Virus record (IMG/VR): IMGVR_UViG_2645727714_000001
Span: 1 to 64,000 of that record
DNA: 64,000 nucleotides
Direction: 5' to 3' (one strand)
DNA from: a virus
Taxonomy: Duplodnaviria > Caudoviricetes
Below, one piece after another: positions 28,705 through 37,344 of the stretch (its first letter is position 1; every line of letters starts with the position of its first letter). The notes under the pieces were generated by a model. That model was not told the DNA's origin, searched no databases, and was given only the letters and a program-made list of their open reading frames with translations. A program made the position numbers and the translations under genes.

Positions 28705-28724
28705 CCTACACAGTGACTACAGCC
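28705..28724. promoter_or_regulatory. Inverted copy of the spd/tra operator-like motif
   Basis: CCTACACAGTGACTACAGCC is the reverse complement of GGCTGTAGTCACTGTGTAGG. Confidence 0.55.
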
Positions 28725-28741
28725 GCAAGGGGGGCGAGGCG

Positions 28742-29122
28742 ATGACACCCGGCTCCATCGCCTCCGGCCCAGGGGAGCCCACCGAGCGGCCCGGAGTCAC
28801 ACCCACGGCCCGCGTACACCGCGGCCAGTTCGTCGAGCCTGTGGACGCCTGGGTCACGGCCGGGCCTGACCAGTGGTGGCGCATCCCCCTGGTGGATGTT
28901 CCCCCGCCGGCCCCCTCCGGGACGAAGAACAGCCCGGAGCGCAAGAGGGCCCTTACCCGCATCCGCAACGCTTGGGCGCGTGAGGTCAAGCGCCGCGTCG
29001 AGGCCGGGCAGATCAACGGCGAGTTCGTCTCGATGACCGTGATGGCCGAGGGCCAGGAGTGGTTCTACTGGGGCCCGGCCGCCCCGGGCGAGCAGGCCCC
29101 CATCGGCGATCCCGAGGAATAG
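28742..29122 (+). CDS. Hypothetical protein
   Basis: GAGG RBS; immediately downstream of the operator-like motif. Confidence 0.6.
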   Translation: MTPGSIASGPGEPTERPGVTPTARVHRGQFVEPVDAWVTAGPDQWWRIPLVDVPPPAPSGTKNSPERKRALTRIRNAWAREVKRRVEAGQINGEFVSMTVMAEGQEWFYWGPAAPGEQAPIGDPEE

Positions 29123-29188
29123 CTCCACACCTGCATCTCGGGCGCGCCTGACGGAGTGTGACGAGATCTCTCGCTAGCCTCGCTGTCC

Positions 29189-30166
29189 GTGAGGGTGTTC
29201 GGGTGGGCGGCAGACGCCAGTGCGTGCGGCTACTACCGGCTCGGCCTGCCGATTGACGCGCTCCGCTCCCGCGGCCACGAGGCACTGGTATCCACGGTGC
29301 TGCCCGAGGAGTGGGCGGACGCGGACATCATCGTCGGCCAGCGGGTGTGCCTCCCGGGCCCGTCGGCAACCTGGCAGCGCCTGGCCAGCGAGGGGCGGGC
29401 GCTGGTCTACGAGATCGACGACGACCTGTTCGACCTGCACCCCACCAACCCAGCCCGCCAGGTCTTCGCGGACGCTGAGGTCCAGCGGCGCATCCGCGAG
29501 AACGCCGCCGCGGCCTCTCTCGTCACCGTGACCACCGAGGCGCTGGCCGCGGTGATGCGTGAGATCAATCCGCGTGTGGCCGTGTTGCCCAACGCCATCC
29601 CCGGCTGGCTACTGGAGCGCACTCGCCCGCACCGAGAGCGGCTCACGATCGGCTGGGCCGGCTCGGCCACTCACCACGCGGATGTCGCTGAGGTCGCCGG
29701 TCACCTGCGCCGCTTCCTGGCTCGCCACCCCGACGTGGCTATGCACCTGATGGGCACGGACTACACCGCCGCGCTCGGCCTGCCGACGGACCGCGTCCGC
29801 TACACCCCGTGGGCCATCGACGTCGCGGCCTACCTGCGGATGGTGGACTTCGACATCGGCCTGGCTCCGCTGGCGCCGCATGCGTTCAACCGCTCGAAGT
29901 CAGCACTGCGCCCGCTCGAGCTGGGCGCCCTCGGCATCCCCGTGGTGGCAAGCGAGTACGGACCGTACGAGCGGTTCGTGCGCCACGGCGAGACAGGCTT
30001 CCTGGTGCGCCGTGACCACGAGTGGTCCACCCACCTGCGGACCCTCGCGGCCGACGCCGAACTGCGCGAGCAGATGGGCACCAAGGCCCGCGCCCTGGCC
30101 GCCGAGCACGCGATCGAGGCCACCGTCGGTGCGTGGGAGGAGGCCTACCGTGCCCTACTCCAGTGA
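29189..30166 (+). CDS. Glycosyltransferase (GT-B fold, GT4-like, phage type)
   Basis: ACGYYRL, YEIDDDL, IGWAGSATH, DIGLAPL...FNRSKS..R.LE.GALGIPVVAS, HGETGFLV. Confidence 0.88.
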   Translation: MRVFGWAADASACGYYRLGLPIDALRSRGHEALVSTVLPEEWADADIIVGQRVCLPGPSATWQRLASEGRALVYEIDDDLFDLHPTNPARQVFADAEVQRRIRENAAAASLVTVTTEALAAVMREINPRVAVLPNAIPGWLLERTRPHRERLTIGWAGSATHHADVAEVAGHLRRFLARHPDVAMHLMGTDYTAALGLPTDRVRYTPWAIDVAAYLRMVDFDIGLAPLAPHAFNRSKSALRPLELGALGIPVVASEYGPYERFVRHGETGFLVRRDHEWSTHLRTLAADAELREQMGTKARALAAEHAIEATVGAWEEAYRALLQ

Positions 30167-30683
30167 ATGCGGGAAGGCCTGGATCACGTCCTGGCTGGCC
30201 GAGCTGGCCCCGGCCAGCGTGCTGGACATCGGCGCCGGCGCCGGCGGCTACGCGCGGATCTGCCGGCAGGCCTGCCCGGCCGCGCGCCTGACCGCGGTGG
30301 AGATCTGGGAGCCCTACGTGGCCCGGTTCGGCCTGGCCAGCCTGTACGACGAGGTGCTCGTCGGCGACGCGCGCACGCTGGCCCTGCCCGCGGTGGACGT
30401 CGTGATCCTCGGGGACGTCCTGGAGCACATGATCGCCGCCGAGGCCGTGGAGCTGTGGGCCCGCGCCCGCGCGGCATCCCGGCTCGGGGTACTGGCCTCG
30501 CTGCCCGTGGTGCCGTACCCGCAGGGCGCGGTCGAAGGCAACCCGCACGAGGAACACAGGGAGACCTGGAGCCATGCCCGCGTGCTGGCCCGCCTGCCCG
30601 GGGTGGTGGCCAGCGACGTCGACGGCGACATCGGCGTGTACCTGGCCAGCCCGACCGAGGTGTCCGCGTGCCCCGCCGCCTAG
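30150..30683 (+). CDS. Class I SAM-dependent methyltransferase
   Basis: VLDIGAGAG, AVEIW, GDVLEHM, GNPHEEH; GGAGGAGG RBS. Confidence 0.85.
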   Translation: MPYSSECGKAWITSWLAELAPASVLDIGAGAGGYARICRQACPAARLTAVEIWEPYVARFGLASLYDEVLVGDARTLALPAVDVVILGDVLEHMIAAEAVELWARARAASRLGVLASLPVVPYPQGAVEGNPHEEHRETWSHARVLARLPGVVASDVDGDIGVYLASPTEVSACPAA

Positions 30684-30955
30684 GACCGATCGGCCGCCAG
30701 ATCGACCCGATTCCCTCGAGCGTGCGGTTCACCCTCTCGCCGACCGCGGACCGGGACGCCTACCGCGCCGCGCTGCACATTGGCTGCGCTGTTGTCGGCC
30801 TCGGTGCGAGCCGTGACGAGCTCGCCGAGATGATCGAGGCGGTCGGCCTGGAGCGGAGCGCGCTGGTGCACGGCCGGGGCGAGGAACGTGCCGCGCGGGC
30901 CGGCTCCAGCCCGCTACCGCCGGCCGGCGACCACCGGCGCAGCGGCGGCCAGTAG
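30668..30955 (+). CDS. Hypothetical protein
   Basis: GAGG RBS; overlaps the methyltransferase end. Confidence 0.45.
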   Translation: MPRRLGPIGRQIDPIPSSVRFTLSPTADRDAYRAALHIGCAVVGLGASRDELAEMIEAVGLERSALVHGRGEERAARAGSSPLPPAGDHRRSGGQ

Positions 30956-31345
30956 GCGCAGCGCCTGCACCGCGGGCTGGCCGTAGCCGGCAACCCGGGC
31001 GTACCAGTAGTACGTCTCCTCTGTGCTCATCCCCGCGATGCCCTGGGCGATCCGCTCGGCCTGCGCGGCGCCGGTGACCTGGGTGGCCAGTACCAGCGCG
31101 AGCCGCACCCCGGCCTCCTCCTCCAGCGGGATAGGGGTGGGGGTGCGCGAGCCCAGCACACTGGCCGGGTGCCCGCTGGCCCGCACGGCGGTGTGGATCG
31201 CCTCTCGGGCGCCCCGCGCCAGCGCCTTGCTGTCGGCGGCCAGGCGCAGACCCCTCCAGCCCGGCCCGTCCGCGCCGCGCAGCTCGGCGCTGGACAGCGC
31301 GCCGCCGATCCAGCGGGCGGCCAGAGTGAAGGTGCGCGCGGTCAT
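30914..31345 (-). CDS. Hypothetical protein
   Basis: GAGGAG RBS; EEAGVRLAL..MSTEETYYWY. Confidence 0.65.
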   Translation of the reverse strand: MTARTFTLAARWIGGALSSAELRGADGPGWRGLRLAADSKALARGAREAIHTAVRASGHPASVLGSRTPTPIPLEEEAGVRLALVLATQVTGAAQAERIAQGIAGMSTEETYYWYARVAGYGQPAVQALRLLAAAAPVVAGRR

Positions 31346-31439
31346 GTCTGCTCTCCTCGCGGACGGGTTCCCCTACCGGACGGCTGTGATCAGGAGTCGG
31401 CCGCGCGCTAGGACGACGCGCGGCCGAGCCGCTTCAGCG

Positions 31440-31607
31440 TCAGACCCACTTCTGTCCAGGGATCTCCAGGAACGTCTGGACGTCGTTCTCGTCGCGGACC
31501 TCGAAGGCCTCCGCTCCGGTCTCGCGCCCGTAGGCGATGGCCTCCCCCTCGGTCGGGAAGTCCGCGGGCTGGTGGCCGTTGGGGTAGCAGGTGTAGGTGC
31601 GCTCCAT
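31440..31607 (-). CDS. Small hypothetical protein
   Basis: AAGGAG RBS; followed by a hairpin at 31397-31427. Confidence 0.55.
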   Translation of the reverse strand: MERTYTCYPNGHQPADFPTEGEAIAYGRETGAEAFEVRDENDVQTFLEIPGQKWV

Positions 31608-31655
31608 GGCGATCTCCTTTGCGTGCGGTTCAGGCGGCGGCAATCCGGGCGTGGG

Positions 31656-31952
31656 TTAGCAGAGCGGTCCGAGGTACCGGCCGTTCACGATTACGTTGGC
31701 GAAGCGCGTGCGGCCGTTCTCCGCCCAGTGCTCGGCGACGATGGCCCACGTCTCACGGGCCATGGCCCGCTCGTCCTCCGGGGTCGACATGCGGTCGACG
31801 CGAACAAGCAGCGTGGAGCACTGCGACGCGCGCTGGCTGGTCACGCTGATCACAGCCCCGGACAGGACGGAGCCCGCGACCTGACGGGCGCGGAGTGCGG
31901 TGCGGATCTTCTTCGCGGCGGTGGCGACGGCGGAGAGGGTTCGAGTGGTCAT
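31656..31952 (-). CDS. Hypothetical protein
   Basis: GGAG RBS. Confidence 0.55.
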   Translation of the reverse strand: MTTRTLSAVATAAKKIRTALRARQVAGSVLSGAVISVTSQRASQCSTLLVRVDRMSTPEDERAMARETWAIVAEHWAENGRTRFANVIVNGRYLGPLC

Positions 31953-32018
31953 GGCGTGCTCCGTTCTCAGGCGGCGGCATCAGGCTTGGCAGGCGGGCGA
32001 GTGTCGAGATCGGCGAGG

Positions 32019-32058
32019 CCGCCCGCTGGCCGCCCGGAGGCGGGCGGCCAGCGGGCGG
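32019..32058 (-). terminator. Perfect 18-bp-stem hairpin
   Basis: CCGCCCGCTGGCCGCCCG-GAGG-CGGGCGGCCAGCGGGCGG directly after the 32061 stop. Confidence 0.7.
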
Positions 32059-32060
32059 AT

Positions 32061-32783
32061 TCAGGGCCGGCTGATGCCGTAGTCCCGGCGGCACCGGGCG
32101 GCGACCTTCTTGGCGCGCTGGGCGCGTTCGATGTCCGGCGTCGTGCCGTTCCGGTGCGAGATGGCCGCCAGGAACTGGTCCACGTACCAAGTCGCCTCGT
32201 CGACCAGGCCGGTGCCGCGGTAGCCGTATTCGCAGGCCATCAGGTACGCGGCTTGGTCGACGTAGTAGGCCTCCGCAGTCCGCACCGTGCGGATCACGGA
32301 GCCTCGAGGCTCCTCAAGGAGCGGCTCGCCCGCCGGGGTCGTGATCGCGCTGGCCTCCGCCTTGGCCCTTCGTGCCTTCGCGGCGTCCTCTCGGGCAGTG
32401 CGCGCGGCTTCCTCGGCGCGCTCCTCGTCGGTCTTGATCTGCGTCGGCCGTCGGCGGACCTCCACGGGGGCCTCCGGGAAGCAGACCGTGCAGGCCCGCT
32501 CTCCGGCCAGTTCGACAACCTCGCGCCGGGCCTTACCGGACAGGGCGGGGAGGAACACCTTCTGGGTGGTGGGGTAGCAGGTGTGGCAGGCGGTGCTGCT
32601 GTGGACATGGCCGCCGGGGACCACCCAGTAGCGGGTCCACGGGTCACGCCGGTACTGGTCGTCGATGGCCCGCTCGCGGCGCTTGAGCCGATCGAGCTCG
32701 GCCCGGAGGCGATCGGCCGTCCGCTGGATGCCGACCAGTTCGGTGTCGATCTCGGTCGGCGTGGCGAGAGCATTCGTGGTCAC
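32061..32783 (-). CDS. Hypothetical actinophage protein with His/Cys cluster
   Basis: WTRYWVV.GGHVHSSTACHTC, CTVCFPEAP. Confidence 0.75.
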   Translation of the reverse strand: MTTNALATPTEIDTELVGIQRTADRLRAELDRLKRRERAIDDQYRRDPWTRYWVVPGGHVHSSTACHTCYPTTQKVFLPALSGKARREVVELAGERACTVCFPEAPVEVRRRPTQIKTDEERAEEAARTAREDAAKARRAKAEASAITTPAGEPLLEEPRGSVIRTVRTAEAYYVDQAAYLMACEYGYRGTGLVDEATWYVDQFLAAISHRNGTTPDIERAQRAKKVAARCRRDYGISRP

Positions 32784-32810
32784 GGTTCGGTCCCCTTCCG
32801 GGAGCGAGGG

Positions 32811-33179
32811 TCAGGCGGCGGCAGTGACAGCGCGGACGGCCTCGCCAGCCGAGGTGGACATCAGCCAGGCGACGGCAGTGTGGTAGCACCGGCGGCCGTG
32901 CTGCCCGGCGGTGCAGTCGCAGTGGGTCGCGGAGGCTCGGTAGATGGAGCCGGCGCTGCCGACGACGGCGAAGATCTTGTTGTCTCCCATGCCTGGCAGG
33001 TGGACGACCCCGCCCAGCTCGATGACCTCGATGGCCCTCTCCACCTGGCTGGCGGAGTAGCCGGCGGCCGTGAGGGCGGCGCGGCAGGCGCAGGCCGGGC
33101 CATAGCCGGCGGCGCGCGAGGCCTCCGTGTGGAGCGGGCGGTTGCACCCCTTGCAGCGGATGGTCTCCTGGGTGATCAC
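32811..33179 (-). CDS. Zinc-ribbon (DUF6011-like) + SWIM zinc-finger protein
   Basis: CKGCNRPL...S...GYGPAC; CDCTAG..GRRCYH. Confidence 0.72.
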   Translation of the reverse strand: MITQETIRCKGCNRPLHTEASRAAGYGPACACRAALTAAGYSASQVERAIEVIELGGVVHLPGMGDNKIFAVVGSAGSIYRASATHCDCTAGQHGRRCYHTAVAWLMSTSAGEAVRAVTAAA

Positions 33180-33223
33180 GCGACCTCCAGCCTCTCTGAC
33201 CTGCGGCGACCTCTAAATTGTAA

Positions 33224-33279
33224 ATGGCCATGTGACAAAACGTCAAATAAAGATGTGATGTTCTGTCACATGGCCATGT
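33224..33279. promoter_or_regulatory. Inverted operator pair in an AT-rich divergent promoter region
   Basis: ATGGCCATGTGACA (33224-33237) / TGTCACATGGCCAT (33264-33277), perfect 14-bp IR; palindrome ACATGGCCATGT. Confidence 0.7.
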
Positions 33280-33292
33280 TAAGATCGTGCGC

Positions 33293-33604
33293 ATGGCAGG
33301 AGACGAGAGCGAGCTGGCCGCACTGGTGGCGGCTGTCAACGCCGCGCGTGAGCGCGAGAAGCAGGTGCGCGACGCCGCGCACCTGGACTACTGCCGGGCG
33401 ATCCGCTCGCTGGTGAAGTACGAGGAGGACGCGCACGGCAAACACGGAGCCCAGCGTCGGGTGGGGCGCCACCTGAACATGTCCGCCCAGAACGTCGGGA
33501 CGATGTTGGACCAGCTCTACAGGGCCGAGACTGGCCAGGAGCGCCCCAAGAAGCCGCGCGCCGCGCGAGCCGCGGCGACAGGGGGAGCGGCGAGCGATGC
33601 GTAG
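33293..33604 (+). CDS. Putative HTH regulator
   Basis: GAQRRVGRHLNMSAQNVGTML resembles an HTH; adjacent to the operator pair. Confidence 0.55.
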   Translation: MAGDESELAALVAAVNAAREREKQVRDAAHLDYCRAIRSLVKYEEDAHGKHGAQRRVGRHLNMSAQNVGTMLDQLYRAETGQERPKKPRAARAAATGGAASDA

Positions 33605-33842
33605 GTCTTCGCTCACCGCCGAGGACCTGGAGCGCGCGAACCAGATCCGAGATCTCTTCACGCGAGCGAGCCGCACGACGGACACGCCGCCCGCGGTCCA
33701 GGCCGCAATGGAGGACGCGGTGCGCGGCAACCACGGGCTCATCCAGTCGCACGGCCCGCTCATCGCGGCCGAGACACTCGTCGAGGTGGCGTTCCTTGCC
33801 GGCTACGCCGCGGGCGCGGCCGGACTGGATCTAGGGGCCTAG
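33597..33842 (+). CDS. Hypothetical protein
   Basis: Overlap-coupled. Confidence 0.55.
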   Translation: MRRSSLTAEDLERANQIRDLFTRASRTTDTPPAVQAAMEDAVRGNHGLIQSHGPLIAAETLVEVAFLAGYAAGAAGLDLGA

Positions 33843-33846
33843 GGAA

Positions 33847-34164
33847 ATGATCGACAACAGCTATCTCACCGACATGCCTCGCTGGCCGCAGGAGGTCAGT
33901 GAATGGCAGAACTGCGCCACCCCCAACCTGGAAAGCGGCTCCCTGGCGGAGGGGGACCGCGTCCGGCCGGCGGACGACAGGATGAGCCCGGACCATGAGG
34001 GCGGGGAAATCGAGGAACGCCTCGTTCTACGCGGAGTTTGGCACGGTCGGGTGAAGTGGGACTCCGGCCAGAAGGACGATGTCCCGCTCTACGCGCTGAA
34101 TGTCGATCGGGTGCGAGTACGAGGTGCGGTGCCGCGAGAGGACTCCGAGGGCGCGTCGTGCTGA
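33847..34164 (+). CDS. Hypothetical protein (SH3-like)
   Basis: EGDRVR..GEIEE..GRVKWDSG. Confidence 0.5.
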   Translation: MIDNSYLTDMPRWPQEVSEWQNCATPNLESGSLAEGDRVRPADDRMSPDHEGGEIEERLVLRGVWHGRVKWDSGQKDDVPLYALNVDRVRVRGAVPREDSEGASC

Positions 34165-34328
34165 CCACCTTGGCGGCCGTGCTGTTGGCAGCCTGCATGG
34201 CCGCCTTGACCCTGATCGTCACGGGCGTCATCGATACCGACGGCGGCACGTTCGTCGGCCTGTGCGCGTCCACCGCCGCGCTGGCGCTCGCCCTCACCGT
34301 CCGGATCGTGAGCGCCGGCCGGCGCTGA
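34158..34328 (+). CDS. Small 2-TM membrane protein
   Basis: Two hydrophobic helices, basic C-terminus. Confidence 0.5.
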   Translation: MLTTLAAVLLAACMAALTLIVTGVIDTDGGTFVGLCASTAALALALTVRIVSAGRR

Positions 34329-34337
34329 GGAGGCATC

Positions 34338-34577
34338 GTGATGAACGAGATCATCGGACGCCAGGATCGTGCGCCACGCCTGGGCCTGTTCTTCGACGGC
34401 GCCCTCGTGGGAACCGCCGCCTCCGATGACACCTACGGCCACGAGGCGCAGCGCGCGGCAGCGGTCGAGCTCGGTGTCGACCCCGGACGCATCGAGGTAC
34501 TGGGGGTCTGCCCCGACCACCCGGAAGCCTCGGCCGTTGACTGCCCCGACCACCCGGACCCGGGCTGGCCAGACTAG
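34338..34577 (+). CDS. Hypothetical protein
   Basis: GAGGAGG RBS; stop overlaps the stop of the convergent late operon. Confidence 0.55.
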   Translation: MMNEIIGRQDRAPRLGLFFDGALVGTAASDDTYGHEAQRAAAVELGVDPGRIEVLGVCPDHPEASAVDCPDHPDPGWPD

Positions 34578-35155
34578 GCCACCGCGAGCCAGTAGAACGT
34601 CCGCGCCCCCGCGGACACGTTGGCCCCGTCCCGGCGTTGCACGACGAACGCGAAGTCCGTAGTGGTCATGTTGCCCACCGAGAACGTCGGCGCGGCCAGG
34701 TCCAGCAGCGGGCCGGACACGAATGCCGCGCTTGGCGCCACGGGGAACGCGGCCGGGAACGTGACGGTCACGGTGAGGCTGTTCGTGCCGCCCGGGAACG
34801 TGCCCACTACGCTGCCGCGCTGGCCGGTCAGGGCCGGCACCCCGGTCGCGGTGGGATCGGTAACCGCGCCGGTGACCACGTAGGAGTCCCCGGCCGGCGC
34901 CAGCACCACCCGGTCGCCCGCCACCGGGGCGTACGGGCGCAGGTATGGGTACGGGCCGGTGGCCACCGCGTCCCCGTCCACCAGCACCAGCGGGTCACCG
35001 CCGGTGTAGCCGGGGTCCACCGTGCCGTACCGGGGGTACAGCGTCCGCCCGGACTGCACCCGCGCCGTCCGCAGCTCGAGCGCGGCCATCCGGTGCTTCA
35101 GGTCCGCGATCGTGGCCGCGAACCGGACCTCCAGCGACGGCAGGTAGCGGCTCAT
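34574..35155 (-). CDS. Minor tail / tail-tip protein
   Basis: Coiled N-terminus, YAPVAGDRVVL OB-like motif, C-terminal VTFPAAF...P beta domain. Confidence 0.7.
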   Translation of the reverse strand: MSRYLPSLEVRFAATIADLKHRMAALELRTARVQSGRTLYPRYGTVDPGYTGGDPLVLVDGDAVATGPYPYLRPYAPVAGDRVVLAPAGDSYVVTGAVTDPTATGVPALTGQRGSVVGTFPGGTNSLTVTVTFPAAFPVAPSAAFVSGPLLDLAAPTFSVGNMTTTDFAFVVQRRDGANVSAGARTFYWLAVA

Positions 35156-36300
35156 GGCACCAGCCCCAGGTGGATGTCGCCGAGCTTGAGGGAAACCTCG
35201 GCCCCCCGGTCCGCGCCGGGCGGAGTGGCCGTCCAGCCCACCAGCCGCACCAGCGCTACCAGTCCGGGCCGCCCACCGCCGGGGGAGGGGTGCAGCTCGG
35301 AGGTGACCGACAGCCACAACGTGGAGCCCAGGTCCAGGTCGGCCAGCGCGGGCATCGCGTCCCCGGCCAGCTTGACCTCCGGGATGGCCGTGCAGCCGCA
35401 CCGGGAGGCCACCGTGGTGTCCGCGTAGGTGTCCACCTCGGCCTGGCCGGTGACGGTGCCGGAAAGGGAGACGGTCTCCTCCAGCAGCGGGTAGCCGGCA
35501 GCCAGGTCCTCGGTGCTCACCCCGTGTCCGGATGTCGATATCCACGCCTCCTGGCTGCCGGAGTCCGCCGACGCGGTGGCCGTGGCCCGTACGTCGTTGG
35601 CCGACTCGCCTCCGGTGCGCGGGTAGGCGTAGTCGGTCACGTTGCCCGGGTAGGTCAGCGTCAGCCCGCTCTCCTGCGCGCCGCGGCCCACCCGCGGCTG
35701 CCCCAGCACCAGGCGCACCGAGCCGCCCGCGGTGGGGTGATAGGTGGGCGCGAAGTCGAACTCGAGGTCCGCGGTGGCGGCCAGCTCCTGGAGCGCGGCC
35801 AGCACCTTCTTGCTGTCGGACCCGGCGTACTGCACGGAGGCGGTGACCGTGGAGGCCTCGGTGGTCAGCTCCAGCGCGGCCACTCGCCCGGAAGGCCCCT
35901 TGCCGGTGGTGGCGTAGGTGACCAGCGCGCGGGCGATGTCGAACGGGTCCACGTTCGTGTACGCGAGGTCCTCGCGGATCTCTCGGCGCGCGAACAGGGA
36001 GTGCATCGTCTTGGCCTGGATGGGCAGCTGCCCGGAGCCGATGGAGCTGTGCGGCCAGTCCCACACGAGCCCGGCCCACACCGGCTCGGCGCCCTCGCTC
36101 ACCCACAGCAGCGTGCGCCGCGGCTCCAGCGCGGCCAGCAGCGGCCCGTTGGCCGCCGGGACCCGGCGCAGGTCCAGCGTGGCCGACAGGTCGCCAGCCT
36201 CGCCCAGCGTCCGGGAGAAGCTGTCCACGTCCAGCGGCAGCCAGTCCGCCAGCACGTCCCCGGTGAGCAGGTGGGTGGACCAGTAGCGCAGCTGCCGCAT
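35152..36300 (-). CDS. Minor tail protein (siphovirus hub / Gp37-like)
   Basis: FSRTL..AG, PVWAG.VW, LTYPGNV..Y, GYPLLE; position in operon. Confidence 0.8.
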   Translation of the reverse strand: MRQLRYWSTHLLTGDVLADWLPLDVDSFSRTLGEAGDLSATLDLRRVPAANGPLLAALEPRRTLLWVSEGAEPVWAGLVWDWPHSSIGSGQLPIQAKTMHSLFARREIREDLAYTNVDPFDIARALVTYATTGKGPSGRVAALELTTEASTVTASVQYAGSDSKKVLAALQELAATADLEFDFAPTYHPTAGGSVRLVLGQPRVGRGAQESGLTLTYPGNVTDYAYPRTGGESANDVRATATASADSGSQEAWISTSGHGVSTEDLAAGYPLLEETVSLSGTVTGQAEVDTYADTTVASRCGCTAIPEVKLAGDAMPALADLDLGSTLWLSVTSELHPSPGGGRPGLVALVRLVGWTATPPGADRGAEVSLKLGDIHLGLVP

Positions 36301-37334
36301 CAGAACTCGATCGTCCACACGTCGGACGTGAACCGACTGAAGATCACGTTCCCGCCCGAGCTGGCCCCGTTGCCTGCGGTGATCCGCACCGGGATGTTGC
36401 CAGCCGGCGCCCCCCAGATGGCCAGCACGTCGATCGGTGCCGCGCCGGAGGTCGACACACCCTCGTTCTGCGCGAGCCGTCGCACAGTGCCCACCGGGTT
36501 CTCAATCTGGAGTGCCGCGAAGGCCGTGCTGCCCAGCCAGCGCGTCCAGACCCGGGCCTTGACCACCACCAGGCACGGCCGGGTCGGGTTGACGGTGGTG
36601 TAGTCGATGTACGTGCCCGAGGCGCCGGGCGCCCGGGTGACATCGGCCGCGAAGTCGTACATGTAGTTGGTCACCCCCGGCGCGCGGGCCAGCATCTCCC
36701 AGGCCGCCCCGGTGTAGGCCCGCAGCGCCCGGGTGTCGGTGTCGTACCGCAGCAGCCCCGCGAACGCGGACAGCGCGTCCGTGGACAGCGCCGGCACCAC
36801 CCCGCCGGCCGGCACCGCGAACACCCGTAGATCCGTGATGTTGCCGGCGACGATGGAGGAGGTCCCGGCATTGACCCGCACCCGGGCCAGCCGCAGCGCG
36901 TTGGCCGGCACACTGGGGTCCACGGGCGACGAGGCCGCCGTCCCCTGGACCACCTCGACACGCCCGTACGAGCTCGCGGAACCCACGTCGGAGACGTAGG
37001 CCACCACCAGGTCGTTACGCGGCAGCGAAGCGTGCGCGGCGTTGGTGTTGACGCCGGCCGCCGCGGACAGCCCAAGCCGGTACACTCCCTGATCCGCGGA
37101 CTGCGTGCCCTGAACCGAGGCGAAGCCCGCCGCGACGGTCAGGTTCAGCCCGCCGGCCGCGGAGACCTTCAGCGGGTCACCTGCCCCCGGTGTCACCCCG
37201 GAGCGGACCACGATCGGCCCGGAACCGCCCGCCAGCGGCATCGCGCCCGCGCCGTCGAGCTGCCGCAGCTCCTTGGCGTCGAAGGCGACTCCGTCCAGCC
37301 AGGTGGGGTTGATGGTGGTCACGAAGGTGGCCAC
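36300..37334 (-). CDS. Minor tail / fibre protein
   Basis: LPRNDLVVA, GTAASSPVDP.VP..AL.LARVRV.AG, ITDLR, YDTDT..L..YTG..W. Confidence 0.75.
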   Translation of the reverse strand: MATFVTTINPTWLDGVAFDAKELRQLDGAGAMPLAGGSGPIVVRSGVTPGAGDPLKVSAAGGLNLTVAAGFASVQGTQSADQGVYRLGLSAAAGVNTNAAHASLPRNDLVVAYVSDVGSASSYGRVEVVQGTAASSPVDPSVPANALRLARVRVNAGTSSIVAGNITDLRVFAVPAGGVVPALSTDALSAFAGLLRYDTDTRALRAYTGAAWEMLARAPGVTNYMYDFAADVTRAPGASGTYIDYTTVNPTRPCLVVVKARVWTRWLGSTAFAALQIENPVGTVRRLAQNEGVSTSGAAPIDVLAIWGAPAGNIPVRITAGNGASSGGNVIFSRFTSDVWTIEF

Positions 37335-37344
37335 GGCTCTCCTC

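Noticed and set aside
34574-36106. 510-aa ORF as listed in the track (also extended starts of 37345-38805, 56894-58951, 59206-60369)
   Set aside because: The 5' extensions overlap real upstream genes in another frame; coupled downstream starts were used instead
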